In this document: positions 18,450 to 29,258 of the stretch, one piece after another
Layout of the letters: each line of letters opens with the position of its first letter
Position numbering within the stretch: position 1 is the first letter of the stretch
Source of the DNA: a virus
Lineage: Duplodnaviria > Caudoviricetes
IMG/VR virus record: IMGVR_UViG_3300037067_021792
Strand: one strand, 5' to 3'
Length of the DNA: 64,000 nucleotides
Notes under the pieces: model-generated
Told to the model about the DNA's origin: nothing
The model's database searches: none
What the model saw: only the letters and a program-made list of their open reading frames with translations
Translations under genes and position numbers: made by a program

Positions 18450-19115
18450 ATGTCTCTCTCCAAAAAAGAGAGAGACCAAGCACTGAAAGAAGAAGAGATC
18501 ACTTCTCTAGTGAATCAAGTGCGTGATTATGACAACGAACAATCGTTTATAAAGTTGAAAATTTATTTAGACGGTTATATACGGTTGTTTACACAAAAAT
18601 ATCACATCCCAGGATGTGATGCCGATGAAATTGAGCAAGAATGTTTGGTGGCACTAAAATTTAAAGCAATACAAGATTTTGATGCTGCCAGAGGGAAGTT
18701 TAAGTCTTTTGCCCTCCTTTGTATTAGGAGACATTTGTTCTCCTTAATTAAAGGAAATAACCAGCAAAAGCGACGAGTATTAAATCAGTCTTTGTCTCTC
18801 GATGAAGACCGTGGATCGGAAGAGGGTGAAACTCTCAGTTTGATCAATATAATTATAACCAACAAGCCAACGGTGGCCGATCAGATGGAAAAGCACGAAG
18901 ACGAGGAAGATAAGAAACACAAACTTTTATCTCGGCTGTCAGAAATGGAGCGAGAGGTTCTAAGACTCTATTTAAAACAATATCACTACGATGAAATAGT
19001 AAAAGAATTAAAGAAAAAATTTCCCCAGATAAGCCGCAAGAGCACTGATAATGCACTTGTTCGAGCACGAAGCAAAGCGAAAGAGCTGGCTAAAGAACTG
19101 GACTGGGATGATTGA
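18450..19115 (+). CDS. sigH: SigH-like RNA polymerase sigma factor
   Basis: FKSFALLCIRRHLFSLIK..QKRRVLNQSLSLD, LSEMEREVL, KSTDNALVRARSK mirror sigma-H regions 2 and 4. Confidence 0.8.
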   Translation: MSLSKKERDQALKEEEITSLVNQVRDYDNEQSFIKLKIYLDGYIRLFTQKYHIPGCDADEIEQECLVALKFKAIQDFDAARGKFKSFALLCIRRHLFSLIKGNNQQKRRVLNQSLSLDEDRGSEEGETLSLINIIITNKPTVADQMEKHEDEEDKKHKLLSRLSEMEREVLRLYLKQYHYDEIVKELKKKFPQISRKSTDNALVRARSKAKELAKELDWDD

Positions 19116-19140
19116 AACTTCGGAATTTCCTTAATCTCGC

Positions 19141-19168
19141 TTGACTTTTCATGGGAATACGATATACT
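19141..19168 (+). promoter_or_regulatory. sigma70-like promoter
   Basis: TTGACT-N16-TATACT. Confidence 0.7.
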
Positions 19169-19188
19169 TGAAGTGAAGGAGAAGAAAC

Positions 19189-19677
19189 GTGAACATAGAT
19201 GAGTGCATCTACCGTCATAAGGCTCCGAAGTTTTCAGTCCGTACCAGGGACGGAGTCGTTTGTCATGAGTGCCGAGAATCAATGATTGAGCATAATCGTA
19301 AAAGCAATTGTGATTGGACCGATCTGCTTGGTGATCTTTGGTTTGACGCAATGCAAGTCGAGGAGTGTGCGAGAAAAGCAGACATCTCTTCTGCGGACTG
19401 GCGCAATGCTATGCTTAAGTGTATTGACCGTATCGGGAGATATGCCGAACTCTTGCAACGGTATGTAGTTTGTAAAGGCTGCGGCAGACCAGAAATTCAC
19501 AAAATGTGCCCTGCGTGGGGCACGCCGTTCTACATGAGTGGCAAATTATATACCGCAGAAGATGAGGCAGAATTCGGTGAGCAGCATCGTAAAGCAATGA
19601 TGGAAGTAGGAAATAGTAAAGAAGCAAATGAGCGTGCTGATTGGGAACTTGGTATTTTGAAGAACAAAATTGACTAG
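19189..19677 (+). CDS. Hypothetical Cys/His-rich protein
   Basis: AAGGAG SD; CxxC motifs. Confidence 0.6.
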   Translation: MNIDECIYRHKAPKFSVRTRDGVVCHECRESMIEHNRKSNCDWTDLLGDLWFDAMQVEECARKADISSADWRNAMLKCIDRIGRYAELLQRYVVCKGCGRPEIHKMCPAWGTPFYMSGKLYTAEDEAEFGEQHRKAMMEVGNSKEANERADWELGILKNKID

Positions 19678-19895
19678 TGAGGAGAATCAGTATGTATGCG
19701 GAAGATGAAATTCATCTTTGTCCATCAATGTCCCGCGAAGGAAGATATCTCCAATATTGTTGTGCGGGCAAAAGAAATGCGAGATGGAGGTTGATTCTTC
19801 CTACCGAGTCTACTGGCGAAGACGAAGAATCGGTTATTTTACAAAATGTATTATTCTGTCCGAGTTGTGGCAAAGATTTACAAGTGGAGGACTAA
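19677..19895 (+). CDS. Small Zn-ribbon protein
   Basis: C-terminal FCPSCGKDL. Confidence 0.6.
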   Translation: MRRISMYAEDEIHLCPSMSREGRYLQYCCAGKRNARWRLILPTESTGEDEESVILQNVLFCPSCGKDLQVED

Positions 19896-19898
19896 AGA

Positions 19899-20153
19899 AT
19901 TAAACATAGTCCATATGCAGATTGTCGTGCGCCAGATGGCATAATTGCCAATGGTTGGCGACTAGTTCGTAAAGGTGGACGGGTGAAGTTTGGAGGGTCG
20001 TATTATTCAGCAGCACAGCTTTCTGAGATTGTGGGTGAATTGGTTTATGCTTCAATGGGAGAATATTGGCAAAGCTATGTGAGAATTTACCGTGGGGCGG
20101 TTGGATGCCAAGGTTGGTTTTGTAACGCAGAAGTGGAATTGCCAAAAGGATAA
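19899..20153 (+). CDS. Unannotated 84-aa ORF with ATT start
   Basis: GGAGG at 19886-19890, ATT 8 nt later, open frame IKHSPYADCRAP..ELPKG fills the gap. Confidence 0.5.
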   Translation: MKHSPYADCRAPDGIIANGWRLVRKGGRVKFGGSYYSAAQLSEIVGELVYASMGEYWQSYVRIYRGAVGCQGWFCNAEVELPKG

Positions 20154-20157
20154 ATAA

Positions 20158-20904
20158 GTGTGGTCTAAATTTAAGATATGGAATCTAGGTTTACTAGCAC
20201 TAATTATTACTGGTTGCGCAGATCGGTTATTAATGGGTGACACCAATTTGCGCCGCTACCCCACATGTGTTTACTCGGACGTTAAATTAGGACCATATGC
20301 TAAGGCTTGGTTTATAAAACACCCAGAAGCACGAGGCACGGCTATTCTTTTGCCAGGCTATAAAACTAATAAAGGATATCTTCTGGAATTTATTGATTTA
20401 TGGACAAGTAACAAGTTTAATGTACTATTGTTGGATTATCGAGGGTTTGGAGATGCTGCCGGTACTGTGGATTTTAGGGGAATAGTAGAAGACGTTCATC
20501 TTGCGGTTGTTTTTGCTCAGTCTCAGCATCCTCGCGTTATTTTGCACGGATTTTCTTTGGGCACTATGGTAGAAGCTAAAGTGGCATCAGAAGTTGATGT
20601 TTCAGGATGTATTTTTGATGGAGTGGCCTCACCTAACGCATTGGGTTTGACGGGCTTAGTTTTACCTAAAGACATGCGCACACGTCAAACAATTCTTAAA
20701 ATAAAAGAACCGAAACTGTTTATCCATAGTATAGACGACGATGTAACGGTATATTCAGAAGCAGAATATATCTACAACAGAGCGACTGAACCGAAATCGA
20801 TGTGGACCACATCTGGGCCACATATTTTATCATATAAGTATGACCCACAAGGCTACCAGAGAGTAGTTTCTGGTTGGTTGTCTCAAAATTCATTGGAGAA
20901 TTGA
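20158..20904 (+). CDS. Alpha/beta hydrolase lipoprotein
   Basis: Lipobox IITGC, DYRGFG, GFSLG nucleophile elbow, HSIDDD, GPH. Confidence 0.85.
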   Translation: MWSKFKIWNLGLLALIITGCADRLLMGDTNLRRYPTCVYSDVKLGPYAKAWFIKHPEARGTAILLPGYKTNKGYLLEFIDLWTSNKFNVLLLDYRGFGDAAGTVDFRGIVEDVHLAVVFAQSQHPRVILHGFSLGTMVEAKVASEVDVSGCIFDGVASPNALGLTGLVLPKDMRTRQTILKIKEPKLFIHSIDDDVTVYSEAEYIYNRATEPKSMWTTSGPHILSYKYDPQGYQRVVSGWLSQNSLEN

Positions 20905-21254
20905 ATTGAAAACCCATGTCCACAATTGGATTCTTGTTGATCTTTCATATGATAATGAAGATCATGAAACAATTACTTATAGCTGCTCAATTTGCGGTCG
21001 ATGTCGATACGTTAATGCAGGATGACAAACATAGAAGATGAAAGGTGAGGTGAAGCTGATATGAAAAAGTCCTTTTGTGATCATTGTGGTGAAGAATTCT
21101 CAGCAACAGATGAATATGTAAAAGCGAAAATAGAAATATCTTACACCGAGTATTTAGGTGATGATGGTTCGAGTTTTCGCGAAGAGAAAATCGAACTTTG
21201 CCATCAGTGTTTTAGAAAAGTTTACGGAGTTCTGAAACCGAAGGAGAACTCTAG

Positions 21255-21632
21255 ATGAAAATTCGAAACTCTTTTGTAAGTAATAGTTCATCTTGTTCGT
21301 TTATTATTGACAATCGCACGGATCAGATTAAGACCTTAGTAGATTTTATTCAAGATAATCCGAACATTTTCGAGCAGTATCTAAAGGAATACGAGGAAGA
21401 TATTAAAGAAATGGGTTCGGACTGGATGGGCACTCCTGCCTCTCGACTAACTACGAAGAATTTTTTGAAATCTGCGGCAGAATATGATAAAACAATATTG
21501 CCCGGTCGTAATTATTTGACATTCGCCGATGATAGTGGTGATTTTGCGGAATATGTATTACACACCATGCTTTCCGATGTAAAATCAAGCAATAAAAATT
21601 GGCACTGGGAATTTTATGAATCCTACCACTGA
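21255..21632 (+). CDS. MKIRxxFVSNSSS-family phage protein
   Basis: N-terminus MKIRNSFVSNSSSCSF. Confidence 0.7.
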   Translation: MKIRNSFVSNSSSCSFIIDNRTDQIKTLVDFIQDNPNIFEQYLKEYEEDIKEMGSDWMGTPASRLTTKNFLKSAAEYDKTILPGRNYLTFADDSGDFAEYVLHTMLSDVKSSNKNWHWEFYESYH

Positions 21633-23439
21633 AAAACTTTGTCCTACTTGTGGACAAGCAACGGAACATATTATTTATATGTGTGAAGTGGAATGCTGTT
21701 CTAGCCCTGCTGATTATGAAGGATGGTGGCGAGTTATAGATGGTTTCGGGATTAAAACAGGATTAATGCAGAGGAGGAAAGTATGTCAACATCATAGGTA
21801 TTTGTTGATAGGGAAAGGAGATCAATAATGGAATACTATGGTGATATTTATGCTACAGTTAAATTAAGAATGCGAATTCAGATTGAAGCTAATGAAGAGC
21901 CTAGTCCAGAGGATATTCTGTCGGCTTTACGAGGAGATGAAGACTCGGATAATTTAGTAGAAATTATCGATATTGTTGATGATGAGATAGTAGAACATAT
22001 TTCAATCGATGAAATCGATATTCATGAATCTTCTGTGGAAGATGACACCGAAGACGACTAATTTTTAGGAGAAATATATGAGAAATAATAAGATAGCTAT
22101 TTTTGTCATCAGTTTAGGTTTGCTTTTGTGCTCAGGATGCGATTTTATGGAGCAAATGTTGTCGGACATTGATGGGTGGGATTTATCAGTGTGTGCGAAT
22201 TATCCAGGGGCTTGCTGGGAATGCTATTGGGATAATGTTGACAAAGTTTTAGAAGCCCAATAAGAGAATGCCGAGAAAAATCAAATATTTTCGGCTAAAA
22301 AGGTTTATAACGCAGAAGCTCATTGATATAATACGATGGATGTATGATACTAAGCGACATCCATCGTATCGGCTAGTTGGTAGGAATTTTGTGCTGGACC
22401 TTGAGGAGAACTGAAATGAATTGTGTATCAGATAACGAAACACTTCAGGAGATAAGTGTTCAGAGGGACATTTTTCGAGAATTGGTGCTGCTGGCGTATT
22501 CGTCTGTTGAAGAATTATATTTTATGCCGAGTCGCCTTTCGGGTCCTAAACGTGTGTTTTCTGGGTATCCAGATGATACTCCTATTAGCTGGCGGGAATT
22601 GGCAAGGAAACATTTAGGTATAAAAGATGAGTGATCCTAAATCCCTAATCAAAGACCCATCAGCTTTAATTCAATCATCCAACGATATCATTCAATTTCT
22701 TGAAAAAATAGTTAATGAATTCGGTACCAGGATGATGCTTGATGCCGTTATCGACTTCTTGTCTCTAATGATAGTACTAAATAAGATAACAATAAAAGAT
22801 ATAGAAGACTATGTGAATTTACACACTAAATTTTTTGAGGAAAAAGTATGAAGTGGATTATTTTCATTATTCCACTTTTTTTATTTGGCTGTGTTTTTGA
22901 TCGTCCTGCCCACTGGTTTACTGCTAGTGATGGGTATCAATGGCGAGCCTATGAATCTGACTGCGAGCAATGGTATGACCCGATAACTGATAGCAGTGGA
23001 TTGTGGGCAAAAGATCCGAGGACTGGAGAAAAATATAGGTTTATATATTTTAATCAGTGGAGTTTTGAGTGAAAGGAAGAAACAACATGCAAAAAGAGGT
23101 AAAATGCGAATGTTTTTCGTGGGGGAACTTTACAGAAGGAAGGTCAAAGGCATTGGATTTTGTTAATTCTGGGAAACGGAAAATTATATCGATCAATGAG
23201 ATTGTAACAGGCACAGGCGAACTGCAAATATCGGTTTATTATTATGATCATGAGGAGACCGATGCTGAGCGGTTGGATAGAATTAGAAAGAAAATTCTAG
23301 ATCCCGAATGCATGCCACGAGGAATACCTAGTGATCCCGAGGAACGCAGGAAAATGGCGGAAAAATATTGGGGTGCAGTTGATAAAGTGTTAAAGCTCTT
23401 GCGTACCGGATCTTGGTGAAGGACCAATGAAAGACACAA

Positions 23440-23760
23440 ATGAGCGAAATTAAGACACGCCAATGTCCTGCTTGCCACGGTGAAGGTGGACGAGTTGAAC
23501 CAGTACTTGATTTTGGTGAAGGACCATTTGAACCTTGTGGTTTTTGTAATGGGCGGGGTATTATTATGGGTAATTATTATTTTACTATTTTGGGGTGGCT
23601 ATCTGCCATAAAACGAGATAATATTAGATTAGATGCAGAAATGCTTAAATTAGCAGAAGAGGCAGTTAGACAAAAGCAAAACCAGAAGCAACTTACAGAT
23701 AGCGAAATTAAAGAGTGTGCACAAAGACTGGTTGATGATGTAATTGATGTTGATGATTGA
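23440..23760 (+). CDS. DnaJ-type Zn-finger (CxxCxGxG) protein
   Basis: CPACHGEG and CGFCNGRG. Confidence 0.65.
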   Translation: MSEIKTRQCPACHGEGGRVEPVLDFGEGPFEPCGFCNGRGIIMGNYYFTILGWLSAIKRDNIRLDAEMLKLAEEAVRQKQNQKQLTDSEIKECAQRLVDDVIDVDD

Positions 23761-23802
23761 AATTGTTCTGCAACAGATGTATAATTGAAAAAGGAGATTT
23801 GA

Positions 23803-25062
23803 ATGAAAGCGACTGTATCCAATAAGGAATTGGTTCGTGGTTTTGACAAATTGTGCGAAGTGGCCACCAAGGGGGTGAAGTCTGATTTTCAGCTAGCGGG
23901 CCGCATTACCATCGAAGTATTAAGCGATAAGCTCGTACTTTGGTCAACCAATGGGCACCTAGATGCCAGATATACCATCTCTGATGTAAGTGATTGTGAA
24001 CCGGGCATTATTACGGTTGATGCCGTTATTGGTCGCGACGTAATACGAGTGGCGAGTCAGGAAGGTAAAGATATATTGATGAGTGTGGATAAAGATGTTC
24101 TGCACCTAAAAGCTGGCCGCAAGAAGTTTAAAATCTCTACTCTGCCCAAAAATCATGTAGGGGATGATGCTCCCGACCCTATTAAAATTGTTATTCCGGC
24201 TAAAACCCCCAAGAATGGCCTAAAATATACATTCCCCCAATCTATGTTATCCGATGGCATCTCAACAGTGGCTCGGTATAAGGCTCCGCTCAAATATAAA
24301 ACAGAATATCTACAGATATGTATGCACTTTCTAGAGGATAAGGTCCGATTCGTTTGTGGCGATGGTATGCGGTTCGCTGTGTATGCCCGGAATCACGAGA
24401 AAAACGGCATTACCGGGGATGGCGGTAAGTGGCTGTTGCCTTCGGATCAGGCAATGATAATTGCAGCAATAATAGACGAAGAAGTTTCTCTGACATATTC
24501 AGATGCCAAGACATGTTATATTCAATGCGGTAAATTAGACATGCTTTTGAAGGGAATTCCAGAAATTGAATATATCAGTTATGACGTTCATGCGTATAGG
24601 TTCGAGGATGCTGTTGCCCTAGTGGACATTAATTATGATGATATGTCCGCTGGTATGGAAACTGTTCGGGTTGTTCGAGATAAAGAAATGGAAAATGAGG
24701 GCGATTTCCATAGTTGCACTTTTGATGCAGCACCAAATACTATTAATTTCGCCGTAAACGAAGGTCGATATCAGGCAGATTTTGATGCTGATATATCGTT
24801 TACCAAGATTAAGGTAGATAAGTTCAAATCGATATATTCCTATGCGTTTTTGAACGAAGTTACTCACGCCATCACTTGTGAAGCTTTGCGATTCTATTGT
24901 ATAGAAGAGGGCGGCATCATGCTGGCAGAGCCTTTTGTTAAAGATGCGGATAGTAAAGGAGATGGAGTGCGTGCTGGTATATCCCAAAATGCTAATGCTC
25001 CAACTGGTGAACCACTATTGATATTCTTTTTTGCTGCCGCAACAGAAGATGAGGAAGAGTGA
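23803..25062 (+). CDS. dnaN: DNA polymerase III beta sliding clamp-like protein
   Basis: Size, LWSTNG, FVCGDGMRFA (cf. ATDGHRLA), YSYAFLNE; divergent. Confidence 0.7.
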   Translation: MKATVSNKELVRGFDKLCEVATKGVKSDFQLAGRITIEVLSDKLVLWSTNGHLDARYTISDVSDCEPGIITVDAVIGRDVIRVASQEGKDILMSVDKDVLHLKAGRKKFKISTLPKNHVGDDAPDPIKIVIPAKTPKNGLKYTFPQSMLSDGISTVARYKAPLKYKTEYLQICMHFLEDKVRFVCGDGMRFAVYARNHEKNGITGDGGKWLLPSDQAMIIAAIIDEEVSLTYSDAKTCYIQCGKLDMLLKGIPEIEYISYDVHAYRFEDAVALVDINYDDMSAGMETVRVVRDKEMENEGDFHSCTFDAAPNTINFAVNEGRYQADFDADISFTKIKVDKFKSIYSYAFLNEVTHAITCEALRFYCIEEGGIMLAEPFVKDADSKGDGVRAGISQNANAPTGEPLLIFFFAAATEDEEE

Positions 25063-25466
25063 TGATAGGTGCAGTTATGCGCGGAGATGGAGTGTATGTT
25101 CTCCCTTCTGATGGGTCCATTGATCCTGATGGACCTTACGTTGCAGAGTATAGCACAGAGCAGAAGCTAGAGTTTTTTGATGATTTAACTAAGACCGCAT
25201 TAGAATGGGCAGAAGAGAAAGATCCAGAAGAAAAACGAGTTCTTCAAAGATATATCACAGATAGATTATGGGATATAGCAAGAGGGTACCCTTTTGGTTT
25301 GCCTCGTATATATGAAACGACTGGTCTGATCATAACTAATGATTATGCTTCCAGTGCTTTAACGTGTGGGCACGCAAATGAGGTGCCATCTGTCTGTGAA
25401 TGCGAAGATAATTGTTATTGTAAATCGCATAGTTGCAAACATGATTTTTCATCAGTGCATGAATGA
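25059..25466 (+). CDS. Hypothetical protein with Cys-rich C-terminus
   Basis: CGHANEVPSVCECEDNCYCKSHSC. Confidence 0.6.
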   Translation: MMIGAVMRGDGVYVLPSDGSIDPDGPYVAEYSTEQKLEFFDDLTKTALEWAEEKDPEEKRVLQRYITDRLWDIARGYPFGLPRIYETTGLIITNDYASSALTCGHANEVPSVCECEDNCYCKSHSCKHDFSSVHE

Positions 25467-25478
25467 AACGTAACCGAC

Positions 25479-26648
25479 GTGGACAAAGATAAATATCTTT
25501 TTTGGATTTACGGCAATTACTATCAGTCTCACAAGGCGTGGGGAGATATATGTTCGAAAACTAAGGATGCCAGAATTGAAATATTAGATTGTGGACATAA
25601 TCCAGATAACTCCACAGAAGATAATAGGGTTGTAATGGCGGGGGGAGTTATTAAAGCATTAAAAAATAAAGATATCTTTGATAAGAGACCTCGCATAATC
25701 AAATTAAAAGGATTGCCCAGTGATTATACAATCATTACGGACTATCTTCATCTGGTTAATAAGAAATGTGTTTTAGTGATAGATGCTTCCTTTGGGCACT
25801 ATAAATCCAAGCGGTTTAATAGCGCCAAAACAAGTAATTTTTACAAAACCGTTAAAGCTGAGGGTAAAATACTTGAGTTTCCTCTTGAGGCCACCAGACA
25901 CGATAGCGCCGTAAAATGGGTAAAAGATATAGCACTAAATTTTGAAAAAAAAATAGATGATGATGCTGCTCAACTAGTTGTCGAAATGAAGGGCAGAAAT
26001 CTAGATGCATTATATGCGGCGGTAGTCCTTCTGAGGGATTATCAGATTGGCAAGAATATCAAAAAGTCTGACGTTGAGACTGCCTGTGTCTCTACTTTTT
26101 TGAGAACGGTTTGGGATTTAATTGAAAGTATTTTTGCACAAGACTACAATAATGCGTTATTGCATATGCAGCGATTTTATCAGCTTTCAGAAGTTCCATC
26201 TGAATTTCCGTCTATGACGTATGAAATGCTTGGAGCACTGATGTATAAATTCCGGCCATTAGTTTTAATCAAAGACAGTATCAATGATAAAGACCCAACG
26301 TTTGACAATGTAAAGGCGGCACTGTTTGGCTATAAAAGAATTGATAAGAAGAACTCAGATGGAGAAGACGAAGATCAAAGCACCGAATATAAAGAAATGT
26401 ATGACGATAGATTCATAGGAATGAGCTTACAGGACAGTGGGTTTAATCGCATGCTCCGACTGTCCCGCGACCAGATTTATAGTAAATACTCTGAAATACT
26501 GGAAGTTCAGAAATATGTAAGAATCGAAGCTAGAAGCAATACGCAAATCAAAGAAGCACTAGATTCACTAATCATGGTTCTTTGCGGAACAATTACTCCA
26601 TCGGTGTCAAAGCAAGTGCGTAAATATAAAGTAGACTTGGAGGCATGA
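25479..26648 (+). CDS. holA: Pol III delta subunit-like protein
   Basis: YLFWIYG start, WVKDIA..KKIDDDAAQLVVEMKGRNL, VWDLIESI; context of dnaX and dnaN. Confidence 0.65.
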   Translation: MDKDKYLFWIYGNYYQSHKAWGDICSKTKDARIEILDCGHNPDNSTEDNRVVMAGGVIKALKNKDIFDKRPRIIKLKGLPSDYTIITDYLHLVNKKCVLVIDASFGHYKSKRFNSAKTSNFYKTVKAEGKILEFPLEATRHDSAVKWVKDIALNFEKKIDDDAAQLVVEMKGRNLDALYAAVVLLRDYQIGKNIKKSDVETACVSTFLRTVWDLIESIFAQDYNNALLHMQRFYQLSEVPSEFPSMTYEMLGALMYKFRPLVLIKDSINDKDPTFDNVKAALFGYKRIDKKNSDGEDEDQSTEYKEMYDDRFIGMSLQDSGFNRMLRLSRDQIYSKYSEILEVQKYVRIEARSNTQIKEALDSLIMVLCGTITPSVSKQVRKYKVDLEA

Positions 26649-26852
26649 ATGTCAGAAGCAAAAGAAATAGAAGTTACAATAGATCAAGAGGGCAACATAG
26701 AAGTTGAGATGTTTGGGTATCACGGCAAAGGATGCCATGATATTCTACAAAAGATATCAGCTGCCCTCGGTAAGTCCATAAAGATTAGCAAAAAGCCAGA
26801 TTTCTATAAGCCAGTTCAAAAGGAAAAGGTTAAAATTGTAAGAGGCATGTAA
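26649..26852 (+). CDS. DUF2997-like protein
   Basis: IEVTIDQEGNIEVEMFGYHGKGC. Confidence 0.7.
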   Translation: MSEAKEIEVTIDQEGNIEVEMFGYHGKGCHDILQKISAALGKSIKISKKPDFYKPVQKEKVKIVRGM

Positions 26853-26866
26853 TTAGGAGAAATGTC

Positions 26867-28240
26867 GTGAAAAGAGTGTTGAGCATTTTGTTGGGATTGG
26901 TTTTTGCTAGTACTGCTTTTGCGCAGGCGGTTGTTTCGTCACTATCGATACTAGATAATGAGCCACTGGAATATGTGTCGGGAGATATCACTAATGACGA
27001 TCCAACCTACGGTCCATGTGCTGGGTATTATTATGATGACGCCTATGTGAATAGCTATTATGCGATTACTATTTATGTGGTTAATAATGGATATGAGGGA
27101 TATGTTTCGATTCCATATTCTTCGTTCGAATACGATTGGGATTATTGTCGATGGGAATATAATTTAAGTAGTCCAATTAGTATTAACGGAAGCAACAGCC
27201 AGCACCAGACTCGTCGAGTTGCTGTTTTAAATAATTTGTTTGTTGGATTTAAGTTAAAATTGCCATATGAAATTAGATATTCATATTCTGCCGTATTAGA
27301 TGAGATACCAGATGGTTTTGGCACACCAAGAACGCCAGATACCGGATTAATTTATATCATTCCCTCAGATGTTATTATTCCTTACGGCAGATATGAGGCA
27401 CGGTGTCGGACAACTCATGGTGGAACTGACACGAATGGCGATGGATTTCAAAATAATGCCATTGGGCAGGAAGCAAATGATCCATCTGGTGAAAATAGCA
27501 TGGAATATTTCTATGTAGACAGTGAAACGGATAGATTGTTTTTTGAGCGAGGATTTGCATGGTTGTCATGTGAAGACGATTCAATGATGTATTCTATACA
27601 GTCGCCATCTTATCCGGATTACTCTGAAATTCTAGATTCTAGTATTTTCATGTTTGGTATTTACAATGTACTGGAAACATCTTGTGGTGACAACATTTCG
27701 GGGACCGAAGTTTTTAATTTAATGCGACGATTGATGGTGGACGCTTCGGCTTATGACTGTCTTACCCTGGAGCCCATGCAAGGGGTCACAATTCACGGTT
27801 TGCCGGGTGATCCACAAACTGATGAAAACGGTAGAGTTTTGGTCACAGTTGAATACGGTTGGAGTAGTCCTGGCATTTTTCCGACCACTTCTGATACGTG
27901 TGATTATTTTGTGCCAACATCTGCGGGTCCAATTGAAAACCTAACTGTAGATCTGGTCGATAGCCTTAATTTTTGTAGACTTAAGTATCTATTCGAAATA
28001 ACCGGGAGAGTAACAGATGAATCTAATAATGGGATAGGTGAAGTTTGGATGGATGGGCTGGGGCATCCTACAGATATGGATGGATACTATTATGGTGGTA
28101 TTACTTCTATTATAGAATGTGGTTGGACAATAACGGTTACTCCCATAAAGGAAGGGTATAGTTTTACACCGCAAAGCAGATATTACGAAAATATCCATGA
28201 AAACTACGTCAACCAGGACTACGTTGGCACTCAAGAATGA
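26867..28240 (+). CDS. Exported acidic protein with C-terminal carboxypeptidase-regulatory-like beta domains
   Basis: Signal peptide ending AFA-Q; repeated GV-x-..TDxxG-x and TVTPIKEGYSFTP motifs. Confidence 0.6.
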   Translation: MKRVLSILLGLVFASTAFAQAVVSSLSILDNEPLEYVSGDITNDDPTYGPCAGYYYDDAYVNSYYAITIYVVNNGYEGYVSIPYSSFEYDWDYCRWEYNLSSPISINGSNSQHQTRRVAVLNNLFVGFKLKLPYEIRYSYSAVLDEIPDGFGTPRTPDTGLIYIIPSDVIIPYGRYEARCRTTHGGTDTNGDGFQNNAIGQEANDPSGENSMEYFYVDSETDRLFFERGFAWLSCEDDSMMYSIQSPSYPDYSEILDSSIFMFGIYNVLETSCGDNISGTEVFNLMRRLMVDASAYDCLTLEPMQGVTIHGLPGDPQTDENGRVLVTVEYGWSSPGIFPTTSDTCDYFVPTSAGPIENLTVDLVDSLNFCRLKYLFEITGRVTDESNNGIGEVWMDGLGHPTDMDGYYYGGITSIIECGWTITVTPIKEGYSFTPQSRYYENIHENYVNQDYVGTQE

Positions 28241-28404
28241 CTAAAAACATGAACATCAGTATTCACTTTGAGCCAAAAGATATTTGGATTGGAGTATTTT
28301 GGGATACAATCCCATTGCCCGATCACATGGAGGAGGTATTCGTATACATTTGTCTATTACCCTGCCTGCCTATTTGTATTAGATGGGAAAGAGACACGGA
28401 TTGA
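28237..28404 (+). CDS. Small hypothetical protein (absent from ORF track)
   Basis: MTKNMNISIHFEPKDIWIGVFW..YICLLPCLPI; ATG overlaps the upstream stop. Confidence 0.55.
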   Translation: MTKNMNISIHFEPKDIWIGVFWDTIPLPDHMEEVFVYICLLPCLPICIRWERDTD

Positions 28405-28420
28405 ATATAGGAGAATTATT

Positions 28421-29236
28421 ATGCAAAATCCAGATGTTGGAGTCATTGGTTGCGGATTTGTAGGTGGAGCAGTTTCGAGAGCTTTTAGTCCGTATACTAA
28501 TATTAAGGTTTATGATAAAAGACCGGAATTCTGTTCACACTCTTTGAAAGAAGTTTGTAGTTCTGATTTTGTATTCATTTGTGTGCCGACGCCTATGAGT
28601 GTAGATGGTTCATGCGATATATCGATTTTAGAATCAGTCTGCCAAGATATCTGCAAAGCTGGCGTTATGGAAAAAACTGTATTTATACACAAATCTACAG
28701 TCCCGGTTGGCACCACAACAATGCTAGGTAAAAAGTATGGGCTTAAACTTATTTTTAGTCCAGAATTTCTCACCGCTCGGCACGCAGATATTGATTTTTT
28801 GATGGCGAATAGAAACATTTTGGGCGGTAATCCTGAATGGGTTGAAAAGGTATCTGCGCTTTTTCAGCACCGATTTCCTAATCGTCCAATTATACGTATG
28901 ACAGCCGAGGAAGCCGAAGCTGTGAAATACACTGTTAATTGTTTTCTGGCTACAGTCGTGATATTCTTTAATGAAATTAAATTAGGACTATGCGATAAAT
29001 ATGGATTGGATTACAGCAGAGTTCTTGGGCAAGTCATGTCGGATGGTCGAATAGGGTATAGTCATGCTCAAGTTCCGGGGATTGATGGCGATTGTGGGTT
29101 CGGTGGGAGCTGTTTTCCAAAGGACCTTAACTCATTAATTTGTCAGATGGAACAGAAGGGATTTGATCCTAAATTACTAAAAGCTTGCTGGCAACAAAAT
29201 CTTGTCGTCAGAAAGCACAGAGACTGGGAACATTGA
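28421..29236 (+). CDS. ugd: UDP-glucose/GDP-mannose dehydrogenase family, short form
   Basis: GCGFVG, CVPTP, KSTVPVG, SPEFL, GFGGSCFPKD; ATG 28421 after AGGAG. Confidence 0.9.
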   Translation: MQNPDVGVIGCGFVGGAVSRAFSPYTNIKVYDKRPEFCSHSLKEVCSSDFVFICVPTPMSVDGSCDISILESVCQDICKAGVMEKTVFIHKSTVPVGTTTMLGKKYGLKLIFSPEFLTARHADIDFLMANRNILGGNPEWVEKVSALFQHRFPNRPIIRMTAEEAEAVKYTVNCFLATVVIFFNEIKLGLCDKYGLDYSRVLGQVMSDGRIGYSHAQVPGIDGDCGFGGSCFPKDLNSLICQMEQKGFDPKLLKACWQQNLVVRKHRDWEH

Positions 29237-29258
29237 TTAAAATATCGGAGAATTGCTA

